This document shows positions 39,986 to 51,317 of a stretch of 64,000 bases of DNA, in pieces (position 1 is the stretch's first letter; each line of letters begins with the position of its first letter). Made by a program: the position numbers and the translations under genes. The notes beneath the pieces are model-generated. The model worked only from the letters and a program-made list of their open reading frames with translations, searched no databases and was not told the origin of the DNA. The stretch comes from an uncultured bacterium (GTDB taxonomy: Bacteria > Hydrothermota > UBA3073 > NMUJ01 > CBEVQO01): positions 128,001-192,000 of the forward strand of contig CBEVQO010000004.1 of assembly GCA_965552055.1 (NCBI GenBank), in the 5' to 3' direction.

Positions 39986-41703
39986 GAGTTGGAATTGCAC
40001 AAATAAATCCCACGGTTGGTGATTTTGAAGGCAACGCTAAAAAAATTCTGGAGTATATTGAGAAAGCAAGGGAAGTGGAGTGCGATGTCGTTGCATTTCC
40101 TGAGCTGGTGCTGACAGGATATCCGCCCGAAGATTTGTTGCTGAAACCCAAATTTATAGAAGAAAATCTTAAAAAAATAAAAGAAATAGCATCAAAAACA
40201 AAAGACATAGTCGCAATAATAGGTTTTGTTGATAAAAAGGACGATATTTATAACGCTGCAGCTATTATTTATGATGGTGAAATAAAAGGTGTTCATCACA
40301 AGCATTATCTACCCAATTACACTGTATTCGATGAAAAGAGGTATTTTCAGGAAGGCAAAGAATCTTATGTTTATCAGTATGGTGAATGTATTTTCGGGGT
40401 TACTATTTGTGAGGATATCTGGATACAGGGTGGCACTCTTGAAGCCCAGGTTCTTGGTGGTGATGTTGAGATTATTTTCTCAATAAATGCCTCGCCTTAT
40501 CATGTTGGGAAATGGGAACAAAGGAGAGAGATGCTTTCTACTCGTGCAAACGATAATTCAATAGTTATTGTTTATGCAAATATGGTTGGGGGACAGGATG
40601 AGCTCGTTTTTGATGGTCATTCTATGGTTATAAATGAGTATGGTGAGTTGATAGCAGAGGCATCGCAATTTGAAGAAGATTTTATTGCCTGTGACATAGA
40701 CAGGAGGAGCATTCTCAGAAAAAGATTGCACGACCCGAGGAGGAGAGAAGCCAAAGAAGAATTTTTACAAACAGGTCAAAAGGTTAAAAGAATAATTTTA
40801 AAAAAGGACGAATATGAAAAAGATAAGAAACCACTTCCTTCTTATCCGAGGATAAGGTTGCATGAAACAGAGGAGATTTACAGGGCATTATGTGTTGGTT
40901 TGCGTGATTACATAAAGAAAAATGGCTTTAAAAAAGTGGTAATAGGGTTATCCGGCGGGATAGATTCTGCGCTTACAGCTGTAATAGCGGTCGATGCACT
41001 TGGAAAGGAGAATGTAACATGTGTTTATATGCCATCGATGTATTCATCAAAAGAAAGTAAAGAAGATGCAGAAAAGCTTGCGAAAAATCTTGGAGTGAAA
41101 TTTCTGGAAATACCCATAACCGATATTTACAATCAATATATGAAAGTGTTTGGCAAAGTGTTTAAGGGCTTGCCTGTCGATAAGACCGAAGAAAATTTGC
41201 AGGCAAGGATAAGGGGTAATATTTTGATGGCTTTATCAAATAAATTCGGCTGGATTGTTTTATCTACAGGTAATAAAAGTGAAATGAGCGTTGGATATGC
41301 GACACTTTATGGTGATATGTGCGGTGGATTTAATGTGTTGAAAGATGTTCCAAAGACGCTTGTTTACAAACTCGCACATTACAGGAATACAAAATCAAAA
41401 GTGATACCCGATAGAATTTTGAAAAAACCGCCCTCAGCTGAGTTAAGACCAAATCAAAGAGACGAAGACGAGCTCGCACCTTATGAATTGCTTGACCCCA
41501 TAGTGCAGCTTTATGTTGAAGAAGATAGGAGCATGGATGAAATTATAAAAATGGGTTTCGAAGAGAAACTTGTAAAAAAGGTAGTAAGTATGATAGACAA
41601 AAACGAATATAAGAGGCGTCAATCACCACCCGGCATTAAAATAACCCCAAGAGCATTTGGTAAAGATAGAAGAATGCCCATAACCAATAAATTTATTCCT
41701 TAA
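39982..41703 (+). CDS. nadE: Glutamine-dependent NAD+ synthetase
   Basis: [44 protein letters not shown]. Confidence 0.96.
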   Translation: MRVGIAQINPTVGDFEGNAKKILEYIEKAREVECDVVAFPELVLTGYPPEDLLLKPKFIEENLKKIKEIASKTKDIVAIIGFVDKKDDIYNAAAIIYDGEIKGVHHKHYLPNYTVFDEKRYFQEGKESYVYQYGECIFGVTICEDIWIQGGTLEAQVLGGDVEIIFSINASPYHVGKWEQRREMLSTRANDNSIVIVYANMVGGQDELVFDGHSMVINEYGELIAEASQFEEDFIACDIDRRSILRKRLHDPRRREAKEEFLQTGQKVKRIILKKDEYEKDKKPLPSYPRIRLHETEEIYRALCVGLRDYIKKNGFKKVVIGLSGGIDSALTAVIAVDALGKENVTCVYMPSMYSSKESKEDAEKLAKNLGVKFLEIPITDIYNQYMKVFGKVFKGLPVDKTEENLQARIRGNILMALSNKFGWIVLSTGNKSEMSVGYATLYGDMCGGFNVLKDVPKTLVYKLAHYRNTKSKVIPDRILKKPPSAELRPNQRDEDELAPYELLDPIVQLYVEEDRSMDEIIKMGFEEKLVKKVVSMIDKNEYKRRQSPPGIKITPRAFGKDRRMPITNKFIP

Positions 41704-43570
41704 GTCGCTCTAACTGAGCCTTTGCTCTTTCTATTGCCTTTTTGGCTTTCTCATTGGTCGGGTCAATTTCGAGAACTTTTTTCCACCAGTAGATTGCTTC
41801 TTCGAAATCATCTTTTGTATAAGCGGATATTCCCTTTAGGTAATATTCTCTGATTTTTTCTGCCGATATTTTCTTTCTTTTTGTTTTTATTCTGTTTATA
41901 TAATTTTTCGCAGTAATGTTTTGTGGGTCGAGTCTCAACACTGCACTAAATGCAGCTTCTGCTTCGTCATATTTACCTTCGCCATATAATCTGATGCCTT
42001 CATTTGTTTTCTCTTTGATTATTTTACTTCTTTCTGCATAAATCTGATTTTTTATTTCCTTTACTTCGGGGTCTTCTGGTGCCAGTTCCTCTGCTTTTTT
42101 GATTTTGGAGAGAGCAAGATTTATATTTCCTTCTGATAAGTATTTTCTTGCTTCATTTTTATATGATGTTATAAGTTTCTGTAAAGCTTCTTTTGCTTTT
42201 TTAATTCCTTCTTTTGCGGGTTCGAAATCTGGTTGTTTTTTAAGCAATTCCTGCCATTCTTTGATTGCAAGTTCATATTGTCCCTGTGTATAATAGGTTA
42301 TAGCCTTTTGATGTCTTATTTGTATTTCAAGTGAAAATGCTTCTGTTTGTTTCTTTAATGCCCTGTTTGTTTCGTCCAGTAATTTCTTTGCTTCTTCATT
42401 TTCAGGGTCTATTTCCAGCACCGATGCAAACTCTTTAGCAGCTTTCAGGTATTCACCTGCGTTATAAAGAGCCTTGCCATGCTCTAACATTGCTTTTATC
42501 TTTCTTCTCCTTGTTTCTTCAATTATTTCTTTTAATTTTTCGCTTGCTTCTTTAAAATCGGGCACATATAACAGTGCTAAAGTGAACTGCTGACGGGCAC
42601 CTTCGAGGTCACCTTTCTGTAATAATGATAACCCTGTCTCATAAAACATTCGTGCAGCTTTCAGATACATTTCTTCTTCTCTTTTTTGTATAAGTGCTAT
42701 GAGATGCTCGGGTGGAGTTGGGGTTATTATCAAATCGAAGCGATGTATCAAGCCGAGCTGAGGATGACCAACCGGAACATAGTTTAGCCCAGAGTTTACC
42801 CTTTTGAATCCGAATCCTGCATAGATTTTAAATCTGTCGGTCCCGAATCCATACAAATCGGAATTCTCTTTGCCTGCGAAAATATATTTAAGACCGCATC
42901 TGAGGAAGAATGTATTTGCGATGTTAAATTCCTGAAAAAGTCCGAAGTCAGGGGGTGCATCTGCATAGAAATTAAATCCCAATCCAACATCCATCGATGT
43001 ATTTTGTGATTTAATGACATCAGGATAAAGAATCCCCATTGCGACTGTAAGTGCACTTCCTGCACCGATGTTTAAAATAGAGGCACCTATTTGCCATGTC
43101 CTGTCATAAATAAAGCCAATATCAAAGTAAGGATACCATAGTGAGACATCTTCATCAGTGCCAACGGTGTTAAAGTTCAACAGTTTAAAAGCTAACCCAA
43201 AAGAGCCAAGTTTTAATTTCTTTGAATAAGCACCATATAGCAATAGGTAAAATAAGTTATACTTTTCCTCCGGTAAACCTGGTGAGTAAGCAAGAGGTAT
43301 GCCCAAAGCTCCGAATCCTGCTATTCCCCATCCTATTGTGCCATATTTAGAAGGATGAGCACCACCTCCGCACAATATGTGAGCGCCCCACCATTTTGAA
43401 TAGGATACCAGATATTCTGAATAGTTGCAGTAAGATAACCCGGCAGGATTGAAGAACAATGCATATATTCCGTTGTGACCGATGCCATAAAATCCACCTG
43501 TGGATAAAAATTGCGCTGTACCTGTAACCCTGTTAAATGCAAAGAAACTCGAAATTAAAAATACCAGCAT
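41693..43570 (-). CDS. PorV/FadL-like beta-barrel plus TPR array (paralog of 28949)
   Basis: ALFFNPAGL at the N-terminus; TPR tail with [13 protein letters not shown] shared with 28949; SD GGAGG. Confidence 0.65.
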   Translation of the reverse strand: MLVFLISSFFAFNRVTGTAQFLSTGGFYGIGHNGIYALFFNPAGLSYCNYSEYLVSYSKWWGAHILCGGGAHPSKYGTIGWGIAGFGALGIPLAYSPGLPEEKYNLFYLLLYGAYSKKLKLGSFGLAFKLLNFNTVGTDEDVSLWYPYFDIGFIYDRTWQIGASILNIGAGSALTVAMGILYPDVIKSQNTSMDVGLGFNFYADAPPDFGLFQEFNIANTFFLRCGLKYIFAGKENSDLYGFGTDRFKIYAGFGFKRVNSGLNYVPVGHPQLGLIHRFDLIITPTPPEHLIALIQKREEEMYLKAARMFYETGLSLLQKGDLEGARQQFTLALLYVPDFKEASEKLKEIIEETRRRKIKAMLEHGKALYNAGEYLKAAKEFASVLEIDPENEEAKKLLDETNRALKKQTEAFSLEIQIRHQKAITYYTQGQYELAIKEWQELLKKQPDFEPAKEGIKKAKEALQKLITSYKNEARKYLSEGNINLALSKIKKAEELAPEDPEVKEIKNQIYAERSKIIKEKTNEGIRLYGEGKYDEAEAAFSAVLRLDPQNITAKNYINRIKTKRKKISAEKIREYYLKGISAYTKDDFEEAIYWWKKVLEIDPTNEKAKKAIERAKAQLERLKE

Positions 43571-43647
43571 AACCACCTCCTTAATTATCTTTATTCATTT
43601 TCTGGAAAAGTCAAGTAAAATTTTTTAAATTTTTATCAAATTTTATC

Positions 43648-44820
43648 TTATTTATCATGTAATTTTTTGCGTAAGATGAGGTGGGTTCCTTTTCCGAGTG
43701 TGATGCCCGGGTGTGGCTTTTCGGGTGCTGGTTTTATCTCTATTTCATCGAAAATTTTCTTGAGATAATAAAGCCCTCCTTTCTTTGAGAAAGCAGTTTC
43801 TTTTGAAAGTCCCACGCCGTAATCAATAATGTTTAAAGATAAAGTATTGTCCTCTTTTGTAAAACTCACTTCAACTATTCCTTCTTTTCTTCCTTCGTAT
43901 GCATAGGTTATAACATTTGCCATTATTTCTTTTGCGATAAATTCAAGAACTCCTCTATCAATCTCTTCCTCTGGAACTTTTGCTTCTTCGTAAAACACTT
44001 TTTCAAGGAACTTGAAGAAAGCAGGTGTAAAACTTTCTTCTGCTGGCAATGTCAAAGTTTGGGCTATCTTTGCTTCTCTTATAAATGGACTTATTTTCCT
44101 TATCGCAGAAAATATCTCGTCTTCCTCAACCAGGTCAGCAAGTATTCTCAGCCACCATTTATCGTCGGGTATTTTTCTCAACAGTATCTCCTGTTGCTCT
44201 TTTAATACATTGTAAAGGTCTTTTGATATTAAATTTTGTGTATAAAGTTCATCAAGATTTTCGAATCTTTCGAGCAATTCGTTTATTCCGAGCAATTCAA
44301 TCGTTTTTTTGATATGCCTGTTTGGCATAGAGAAATATGCGAAATTTTCTTTTTTCTTTTCAAATAATGTAAGCAATGCAAGTCCTCTCGAGCTTATATA
44401 GCGCAAAGTGTTTATCAAAATCACATAATTATATTTTCTATCGAAGCATTTCAATTTTATAATGCGGGTGATGTCTTCTGCAGGGATTGTATCCATAGAG
44501 CCCGAGAATATAATTCCCCAGGTATTTCTTTTTTCATCGTAATTTAAAAGTGTTCTCAGGGAGCCAAAAACCCTTTCTTCTGTGATTACAGGTGTTTCTC
44601 CCCATCTGTAAGGCAATACACTTGGTTTTTCCTCAATAGAAGGTGGTTTAGATGTCTCTTTTTTTAGCCACTCATCGATAAGGTCTTTTGGAAATCTCCA
44701 GCTTCCTCCTATCTTTTTCGCCGGAATTTCTCCTGCTTTCACTTTCCTGTAAATGGTAATCTCACTTAAACCAAGATATTCCGCAAGTTCCCTTACCGTT
44801 AAAAGCTTTTTCTCTTCCAT
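43648..44820 (-). CDS. HTH_17-STAS-HATPase (anti-sigma kinase-like) fusion regulator
   Basis: LLTVRELAEYL...GEIPAKKIGGSWRF; LRYISSRGL; EIMANVITYAY, DYGVG, GGLYY. Confidence 0.75.
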   Translation of the reverse strand: MEEKKLLTVRELAEYLGLSEITIYRKVKAGEIPAKKIGGSWRFPKDLIDEWLKKETSKPPSIEEKPSVLPYRWGETPVITEERVFGSLRTLLNYDEKRNTWGIIFSGSMDTIPAEDITRIIKLKCFDRKYNYVILINTLRYISSRGLALLTLFEKKKENFAYFSMPNRHIKKTIELLGINELLERFENLDELYTQNLISKDLYNVLKEQQEILLRKIPDDKWWLRILADLVEEDEIFSAIRKISPFIREAKIAQTLTLPAEESFTPAFFKFLEKVFYEEAKVPEEEIDRGVLEFIAKEIMANVITYAYEGRKEGIVEVSFTKEDNTLSLNIIDYGVGLSKETAFSKKGGLYYLKKIFDEIEIKPAPEKPHPGITLGKGTHLILRKKLHDK

Positions 44821-44825
44821 CATTA

Positions 44826-44853
44826 ATTATACTTAAAATTTTAAATTTGTCAA
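44826..44853 (-). promoter_or_regulatory. Promoter TTGACA-N16-TATAAT, 5 nt before ATG 44820
   Basis: Read on the reverse strand. Confidence 0.7.
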
Positions 44854-44865
44854 CACTTTTTTATC

Positions 44866-44892
44866 TTGACAATTTTAATTTTCATTTAAAAT
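44866..44892 (+). promoter_or_regulatory. Promoter TTGACA-N15-TAAAAT, 5 nt before ATG 44898
   Basis: Read directly; no SD. Confidence 0.75.
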
Positions 44893-44897
44893 AAATT

Positions 44898-45851
44898 ATG
44901 AAAATCTCTATTCCAAAGGGCTTACTTTACTATAAATATTTCCCGATGTGGAAAGTATTTTTTGAAGAACTTGGATTTGATGTGATGACATCAAGGGATA
45001 CATCCAAGAAGATTATGGAAAGCGGACTTAAAATAGCGAACGATGAATTATGTTTGCCTGTAAAGATATTTCACGGTCATGTTGCAGATGTTAAAGATAA
45101 ATCGGATTATATTTTTATTCCAAGGATTATAAATATGCGAAAAGGAAAAAATTTTTTCACATGTCCCAAGCTGATGGGCTTACCCGATATGATAAAGGGA
45201 TGTTTTGATGATATTTCTCACAGATTGCTTGAGCCCGATATAAATTTGGCAAAAGAACCGCTTGAAAAAACTTTTATAAAACTGGGGAAGAAATTGGGGG
45301 AAAAAGAAAAAGCAAAGAAAGCGATTAAGAGGGCAATGAAAGCACAAAAAGATTTCGAAAAATTACTGGAAAAGGGATACATGTTCGAAGAAGCGCTCAA
45401 TATTTTATTCAAAGGAGAAAAAGTTAAAAGAAGGGAAAGAAGATTTAAAAAGAGGGTAGGTATAATCGGGCATTCTTATATTGTGTTTGATAAATTTTTG
45501 AATTTAAATTTATTTGAAAAACTTGAGAAACTCGAAGTCGATTACATTACAATGTATAATTTGCCTTTTTCTTTTCTTGATTTTGAGGATGATTATTGGA
45601 ATGTTGCATGGATTTACGAAAGAGAAATCATAGGAGCTGTGAAATATTTTATTGAAAAAGAGAAAGTTGATGGTATTATTTATCTTTTAAGTTTTGGTTG
45701 TGGCACAGCGATAGTCGTTCGTGAGATTATAATGAGGGATGTTATAAAGGGCGCAAATATACCTTTTTTGCCGCTTATACTCGATGAGCATACAGGAGAG
45801 GCAGGTTTTATGACGCGTCTGGAATCTTTTTGTGATATACTCAAAAAATGA
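44898..45851 (+). CDS. Acyl-CoA dehydratase activase-related protein (DUF2229-like)
   Basis: CLPVKIFHGHV, CPKLMGLPDM, FGCG, DEHTGEAGFMTRLE. Confidence 0.8.
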   Translation: MKISIPKGLLYYKYFPMWKVFFEELGFDVMTSRDTSKKIMESGLKIANDELCLPVKIFHGHVADVKDKSDYIFIPRIINMRKGKNFFTCPKLMGLPDMIKGCFDDISHRLLEPDINLAKEPLEKTFIKLGKKLGEKEKAKKAIKRAMKAQKDFEKLLEKGYMFEEALNILFKGEKVKRRERRFKKRVGIIGHSYIVFDKFLNLNLFEKLEKLEVDYITMYNLPFSFLDFEDDYWNVAWIYEREIIGAVKYFIEKEKVDGIIYLLSFGCGTAIVVREIIMRDVIKGANIPFLPLILDEHTGEAGFMTRLESFCDILKK

Positions 45852-46951
45852 GGGTAGCTTTTCCACATATGGGCAATCTATATATTCCTTTGACTTCGCT
45901 TCTTGAAAATCTGGGCTGTGAAGTAAAATTACCCCCTAGACCTTCTCGCAAAAGCATAGAACTTGGGGTAAAATATTCACCTGAATGGATGTGCTTTCCA
46001 TACAAGGCGAATCTCGGTGATTTAATACTTGCTCTTCAAAATGGTGCGGATACTCTTTTATCGGTAAAAGGTGATTGGGCTTGTAGATTCGGGTATTACG
46101 GAAGATTGCATCATAAGACATTGAGAGATATGGGGTTTAAGTTCGAAAGTATAATAATAGGTAAAAATAGTGTGATGTATGTGATAAACAAAGTCAAAAA
46201 GTTAAAAAAAGGAAGTTTAACAAAAACGATTCTCCACATGATAAGGGGTTTCTGGATGTGCTGGAAGAAATCGAAACTTGTGGATTTAACGGAGAGATTA
46301 GCGAGAAAATATCGCCCGTATGCAAAAAACAAAAAGGATGTGGAGAGGGTTCTGAATAAATGTTTAAGATGGATATATAAAGAGAAGACCTTATCAGGGC
46401 TTGATCGTTTGAGAAAGAAAATAATTAAGGAGTTCGAAAAGATAGAATGTGACTGGGGGAAAGAGGTTTTAAAGGTTAAGCTGGTTGGTGAAACTTATAT
46501 CGTCATAGAGCCTGCTGTTAATTTTGATATAGAGCGTCGTTTGGGTGAAATGGGGGTATATGTTGAGCCATTTTTAACGATACATAAGTGGATATGGCAT
46601 CCTTTTCACATTGGTCTTGGTGGTAGGCGTGGTGAGCGTGCTGCACGCAGAGTTGCCAGAAAATACCTGAAACATTGTATAGGAGGAGAAGAACAGTTAT
46701 CCATAGGGTATACGATATTTGCTGCGAAAGACGGATTTGATGGCGTTATACATTTGTATCCTTTTACCTGCATGACAGAAAATGTTGCAAAAGAAATCTT
46801 GCCAAAACTCCAGAAGGAATATAATATACCTGTGATGAGTATCACGATCGACGAGCATACGGGTGAGGCTGGTTTTATATCAAGGATAGAAGCTTTTGTT
46901 GACCTTTTAAAAGCAAGGAGGAAAAATGCGAATACTGGTAGCAGATGCTGA
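45848..46951 (+). CDS. 2-hydroxyacyl-CoA dehydratase/CoA activase-related protein
   Basis: FPHMGN, SPEWMCFPYK, CRFGYY, PFTCM, DEHTGEAG. Confidence 0.8.
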   Translation: MRVAFPHMGNLYIPLTSLLENLGCEVKLPPRPSRKSIELGVKYSPEWMCFPYKANLGDLILALQNGADTLLSVKGDWACRFGYYGRLHHKTLRDMGFKFESIIIGKNSVMYVINKVKKLKKGSLTKTILHMIRGFWMCWKKSKLVDLTERLARKYRPYAKNKKDVERVLNKCLRWIYKEKTLSGLDRLRKKIIKEFEKIECDWGKEVLKVKLVGETYIVIEPAVNFDIERRLGEMGVYVEPFLTIHKWIWHPFHIGLGGRRGERAARRVARKYLKHCIGGEEQLSIGYTIFAAKDGFDGVIHLYPFTCMTENVAKEILPKLQKEYNIPVMSITIDEHTGEAGFISRIEAFVDLLKARRKNANTGSRC

Positions 46952-48563
46952 CCATTTTACACTAAAGCAGATGAAAAAAATATTAACAGAAGAAGGATAT
47001 GATGTAGAAACTGTTACAACTGGCGAAGAGGCAATAGAAATGATAAAAAAGGGTGAATTCGAACTGATAATCCTTGGTGTGTTGCTCGGCGATGACATGG
47101 ATGGTTTTACAGTGCTAAGGGAGATAAGGAAAACTTTGAAGAAGGAAATACCTGTTATGGCGATTGGAAGAAGGGACCAGGGAGAAGAGCTTAATGATAT
47201 GCGAAGTGTCGGTGCAAAAGAGTTTATGTTCAAACCAATAGATGAAAAAACACTCCTCCAGAGGATAAAAAAATTGGTAGGAACAGTGGAAAAGAAAGTA
47301 GAAGCGAAAAAATATGATGAAATAGTGAAAAAAGCCAGAGAATATCTGGAAGAAGAAATAAAAACAGGAACAGAGATAATTGTAAAAGTAACAGAGGATG
47401 AGTTGATAGCTTATGGATACATTAAACAAATAGGAAATAAGTTTGAAATTACAGTGGAAGACCTTAAAAGAGCACTGGAAGAAAAGGGCGTAATTCTTAT
47501 AGATGAGGATATTTTGAAAGATATAGTTGAGAAAAGGAGGGTGAACGAACCTTTGATATTCGCAAAGGCAATATTGCCCGAAATTGCAGAAAGTGCAGTT
47601 GAGTTTCGTTTTGATATTAAAAAAGAAGGCTTTGAATTTGAAAAAGTAAAAGCAGGGACAGTTCTTTGCAAACATATTACGCGTGGAGAAGTAAAAGCAG
47701 GTAGAACTGTAAGGGGTAAAGTATTAACTGCTCCTGCACCCCATATGGCTGCCATGCCTCAGCCCGGCGAAAATGTATATTATAGTGAAAAGAAAGGTGA
47801 ATTGATAGCAGAAGTAGATGGCGAAATTTATTATGATGGCAAAAAGATAAATGTTTTTCCGATAGAAGAAATAGCACAGGATTTAAAGCCATCAATGGGT
47901 GAAGTGACATCAGAAGGCACTTTGCATTTAAAAGGCAACATACATGCGAATGTGAGAATAAAAGCTAAAGGTAGTGTTTTGTGCAATGGCTGTTGTGATG
48001 CAGCAGAGATAAAGGCAGGTGGTAAAGTTTTTATTCAGGGCGGATTTTTCGGAAGAGGAAAGGGCAAAATAGAAAGTAACGGCGATGTATTTGTCTCAAA
48101 AGCAGAAAATGCCGAAATAAAAAGCAAAGGAAATCTTTATTGCAGTGAAAAACTGGAAGAATGTAGAATCGCAGTTGAAGGAAAAGTGCAAATTGAAGAT
48201 GGTATGATAATCGGTGGCGTAATAAAAGCAGCGGAAATTATCGCAAAAAATATAGGAACACCTTTTGAAACACCAACAGAAATAATATTGACAGGAAAAG
48301 GTATATTAACAGAAATTGAAGAAGCTTTAAACGAATTAAAGAAAGAGAAAAAGCCCGAATTAAGGGGAATACAGACACATCTCGAGAATATAAAATCGAA
48401 GCTTTCGCAAAAAATGCCTTGTCGAATTGTATGTAAGGGAAATCTTTATCCCGGTGTAGTCATAAAATATTTTGGAGAAGAGTTAAAAGTAGATAATGTC
48501 TTGACAAATTGTGAAATTAAGGTAGAAGAAGGCAGGTTAAAAATTGTAAAGGGGGCAAAATGA
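46926..48563 (+). CDS. Receiver-like domain fused to FapA/DUF342 domain
   Basis: RILVAD...KP receiver fold; GRTVRG, PGENV, beta-helix repeats, GGVIKA, YPGV. Confidence 0.75.
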   Translation: MRILVADADHFTLKQMKKILTEEGYDVETVTTGEEAIEMIKKGEFELIILGVLLGDDMDGFTVLREIRKTLKKEIPVMAIGRRDQGEELNDMRSVGAKEFMFKPIDEKTLLQRIKKLVGTVEKKVEAKKYDEIVKKAREYLEEEIKTGTEIIVKVTEDELIAYGYIKQIGNKFEITVEDLKRALEEKGVILIDEDILKDIVEKRRVNEPLIFAKAILPEIAESAVEFRFDIKKEGFEFEKVKAGTVLCKHITRGEVKAGRTVRGKVLTAPAPHMAAMPQPGENVYYSEKKGELIAEVDGEIYYDGKKINVFPIEEIAQDLKPSMGEVTSEGTLHLKGNIHANVRIKAKGSVLCNGCCDAAEIKAGGKVFIQGGFFGRGKGKIESNGDVFVSKAENAEIKSKGNLYCSEKLEECRIAVEGKVQIEDGMIIGGVIKAAEIIAKNIGTPFETPTEIILTGKGILTEIEEALNELKKEKKPELRGIQTHLENIKSKLSQKMPCRIVCKGNLYPGVVIKYFGEELKVDNVLTNCEIKVEEGRLKIVKGAK

Positions 48564-49990
48564 AAGAATTTCTAGAATCTGCACTTGATGAAATGAAATT
48601 TCAAAAAGTTGATTACGGCGATATAAGAATAGTTAATCGAATTTATCAGTATATTGTGTATTGCGATGGCAAAGTGGATAATGTTTCGTATGGTGAAGAT
48701 TTAGGCTTCGGGATAAGGGTTTTGAAAGGAGGATGCTGGGGATTTTCTGCGTCATCTTCTCTCACAAAAGATGAGGTTATAAAAGCAGTGAGAAAGGCAG
48801 TAAAAATAGCAGAAGAATCGGCTCGTTTTAAAAAAGAGGATATAAGACTTGCAGAAGCAGAAATCGTCAAAGGCAAATATAAAACAGAAATAGAAGAAGA
48901 CCCGTTTAAAGTTTCACTGGAAGAGAAAATAAATTTACTGGCAGAAACCGACGAAATAATGCATAAAGTAAAAGGGATAAGGACAACACGCAATCATTTA
49001 TTTTTTAAGAAGGAACATAAATTTTTTTCATCAACAGAGGGAACAGAAATTGAGCAAGAGATTTATCAATCAGGTGGTAGAATATCGGCTACTGCTGTTA
49101 AAGATGGGCTAACAGGAGAGAGGTCGTATGAAGGCACCGGTGGGAAGACCTGCGGTTATGAACTTATAAGGAGATTGAATTTGAAAGAAGAAGCACAAAG
49201 AGTTGCAGAAGAAGCAGTCGCACTATTGTCTGCAAAAGAATGTCCAGAGGGAGAGATGGATGTAATTCTTGATGGCTCTACAGTAGCTCTTACAGTGCAC
49301 GAAACAGTGGGTCATCCAACAGAGCTGGACAGGGTTTTTGGTTATGAAGTGAGTCTGGCTGGCACAACCTATTTAACACCCGACAAACTTGGGAAATTTA
49401 AATTCGCATCGGAAATTGTAAATATTGTGCAGGATGCAACAGCAAAAGGCGGACTTGGAACTTTTGGATATGACGATGAAGGAATCCCAGCCCAAAAAAC
49501 ATATCTTATAAAAGACGGAATTTTTGCAGGATATTTGATGTCAAGGGAAACGGCTATAAAACTTGGTTTAAAGAGCAATGGCACGATGCGAGCAGATGGA
49601 TGGTCGAGAATTCCTTTGATTAGAATGACAAATATAAATTTGCTACCTGGAAACTGGGAGCTTGAGGATTTAATAAAGGATACAAAAGATGGAATTTATC
49701 TCGTTACTGCTACATCTCCGAGCATCGATGATAAGCGTCTTAATTTTTCGATTTCAGCAGAAATTGGCTGGAGAATAAGGAATGGCAAATTATGTGAAAT
49801 GATAAGGCGTCCTTTTTATGGTGGTATATCTTATGAGGTATGGCGCAAATGTGATGCTATCTGCAACGAAAAATACTGGGATATATGGGGAATATGGGGA
49901 TGTGGTAAAGGCGACCCAATGCAGGAGATGCAGGTTGGGCATGGTGCTTCACCTTTGAGATTTCGCAAAGTAAAAGTCGGGAAGAAATAA
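48560..49990 (+). CDS. tldD: TldD metalloprotease
   Basis: GFGIRV, HETVGHPTELD, DDEG, RMTN, CGKG. Confidence 0.9.
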   Translation: MKEFLESALDEMKFQKVDYGDIRIVNRIYQYIVYCDGKVDNVSYGEDLGFGIRVLKGGCWGFSASSSLTKDEVIKAVRKAVKIAEESARFKKEDIRLAEAEIVKGKYKTEIEEDPFKVSLEEKINLLAETDEIMHKVKGIRTTRNHLFFKKEHKFFSSTEGTEIEQEIYQSGGRISATAVKDGLTGERSYEGTGGKTCGYELIRRLNLKEEAQRVAEEAVALLSAKECPEGEMDVILDGSTVALTVHETVGHPTELDRVFGYEVSLAGTTYLTPDKLGKFKFASEIVNIVQDATAKGGLGTFGYDDEGIPAQKTYLIKDGIFAGYLMSRETAIKLGLKSNGTMRADGWSRIPLIRMTNINLLPGNWELEDLIKDTKDGIYLVTATSPSIDDKRLNFSISAEIGWRIRNGKLCEMIRRPFYGGISYEVWRKCDAICNEKYWDIWGIWGCGKGDPMQEMQVGHGASPLRFRKVKVGKK

Positions 49991-49999
49991 GGAGGAGAG

Positions 50000-51316
50000 A
50001 TGCTCAAAATGTCAAATTTAAAAGATTTGGCGGATAAAAACTTAAAAGAAGTAAAAGCAGATTGTGAGATAACTTTAAGCAGTTATTTCCATGGTACCAC
50101 TCGCTTTGCGGAATCACAGATACATCAAAATATGGATGTATTGGAAAATGATTGCATTGTGCGGATAGTGAAAGATAAAAAAATAGGGATATCCGGAACA
50201 ACTTTTGGTGACGAACAAAAAATAAAAAATTGTATAAAAAGAGCAGAAGAGATAGCAAAATTTTCTTACGAAGATAAGGATTTTGTGAAATTACCGGATG
50301 AAAAAGGAATAGAATACGATGAAGAAATAAAAGAAATGTCTCCAGAAGAAAGAGCAGAGGCAGTTTCTAAAATTTTTGATGTTGCACGAAAATATGATTT
50401 ATGTTGTGCAGGTGTAATTCACACTATTTCCGGCAGAAAAGTTATAGCGAATACCTTGGGATTGAGAAGCGCAGGTGCAGAAGCCTATGTAACAGGTACA
50501 ATAACAATGATGACAGAAAATAGTTCGGGATACGCAATATTCGGTGCCAAGAATTTGAATGAAATAGATTTTGAAAAAGAAGCAGAAATATCTGCACAAA
50601 AAGCAATGTTATCGAGTAATCCTAAAGATTTTAAACCCGGGAAATATGTTGTTCTGCTTGAAGAGCCAGCAGTAGCAGAGATACTCGTGTTTTTGTCGCA
50701 TCTTGGATTTAGTGCAAGGGATTTTGAAGAAGGACGCAGTTTTATGTGCGATAAAATCGGTAAAAAGATAACAGGCGATAATGTTACGATTTACGATGAT
50801 GTAAATCATCCTCTACAAATTGGATTGAAATTTGATAGAGAAGGCGTTCCCAAACAAAAAGTTACTTTAATAGAAAATGGAGTGGCAAAATCCGTTGTAT
50901 ACGATTCTTATTATGCTTATAAATCGGGTAAGAAACCAACAGGACATTGTGCATGGCAAAGATATCCTTATCCTATGAATCTTGTAATGAAAGGAGGTGA
51001 AACAAAAAGAGAAGATTTGATAAAAAAGATAGACGAAGGAATCCTTATAACAAGGACCTGGTATTGCAGAGTAGTAGACCCCGATAAAACCCTGATAACC
51101 GGTATGACCCGTGATGGCACATTTTACATAAAAAACGGCGAAATAAAATATGGAATAAAAAACATGAGGTTTACAATAAACATTCTCGAAACATTTAAAA
51201 ATATAATAGCTGTATCTCGAGAACAAAAAGCAATTGTCTCTGAGTATGGCGGAGTGTATGTTGTGCCAGCATTGCTGATAAAAGATTTTAATTTTGAAAG
51301 TGCAACTCATTACTGA
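50000..51316 (+). CDS. pmbA: TldE/PmbA family protein
   Basis: TRFAESQIHQN, PGKYVVLLE, FDREG, TGH, TGMTRDG. Confidence 0.82.
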   Translation: MLKMSNLKDLADKNLKEVKADCEITLSSYFHGTTRFAESQIHQNMDVLENDCIVRIVKDKKIGISGTTFGDEQKIKNCIKRAEEIAKFSYEDKDFVKLPDEKGIEYDEEIKEMSPEERAEAVSKIFDVARKYDLCCAGVIHTISGRKVIANTLGLRSAGAEAYVTGTITMMTENSSGYAIFGAKNLNEIDFEKEAEISAQKAMLSSNPKDFKPGKYVVLLEEPAVAEILVFLSHLGFSARDFEEGRSFMCDKIGKKITGDNVTIYDDVNHPLQIGLKFDREGVPKQKVTLIENGVAKSVVYDSYYAYKSGKKPTGHCAWQRYPYPMNLVMKGGETKREDLIKKIDEGILITRTWYCRVVDPDKTLITGMTRDGTFYIKNGEIKYGIKNMRFTINILETFKNIIAVSREQKAIVSEYGGVYVVPALLIKDFNFESATHY

Positions 51317-51317
51317 A

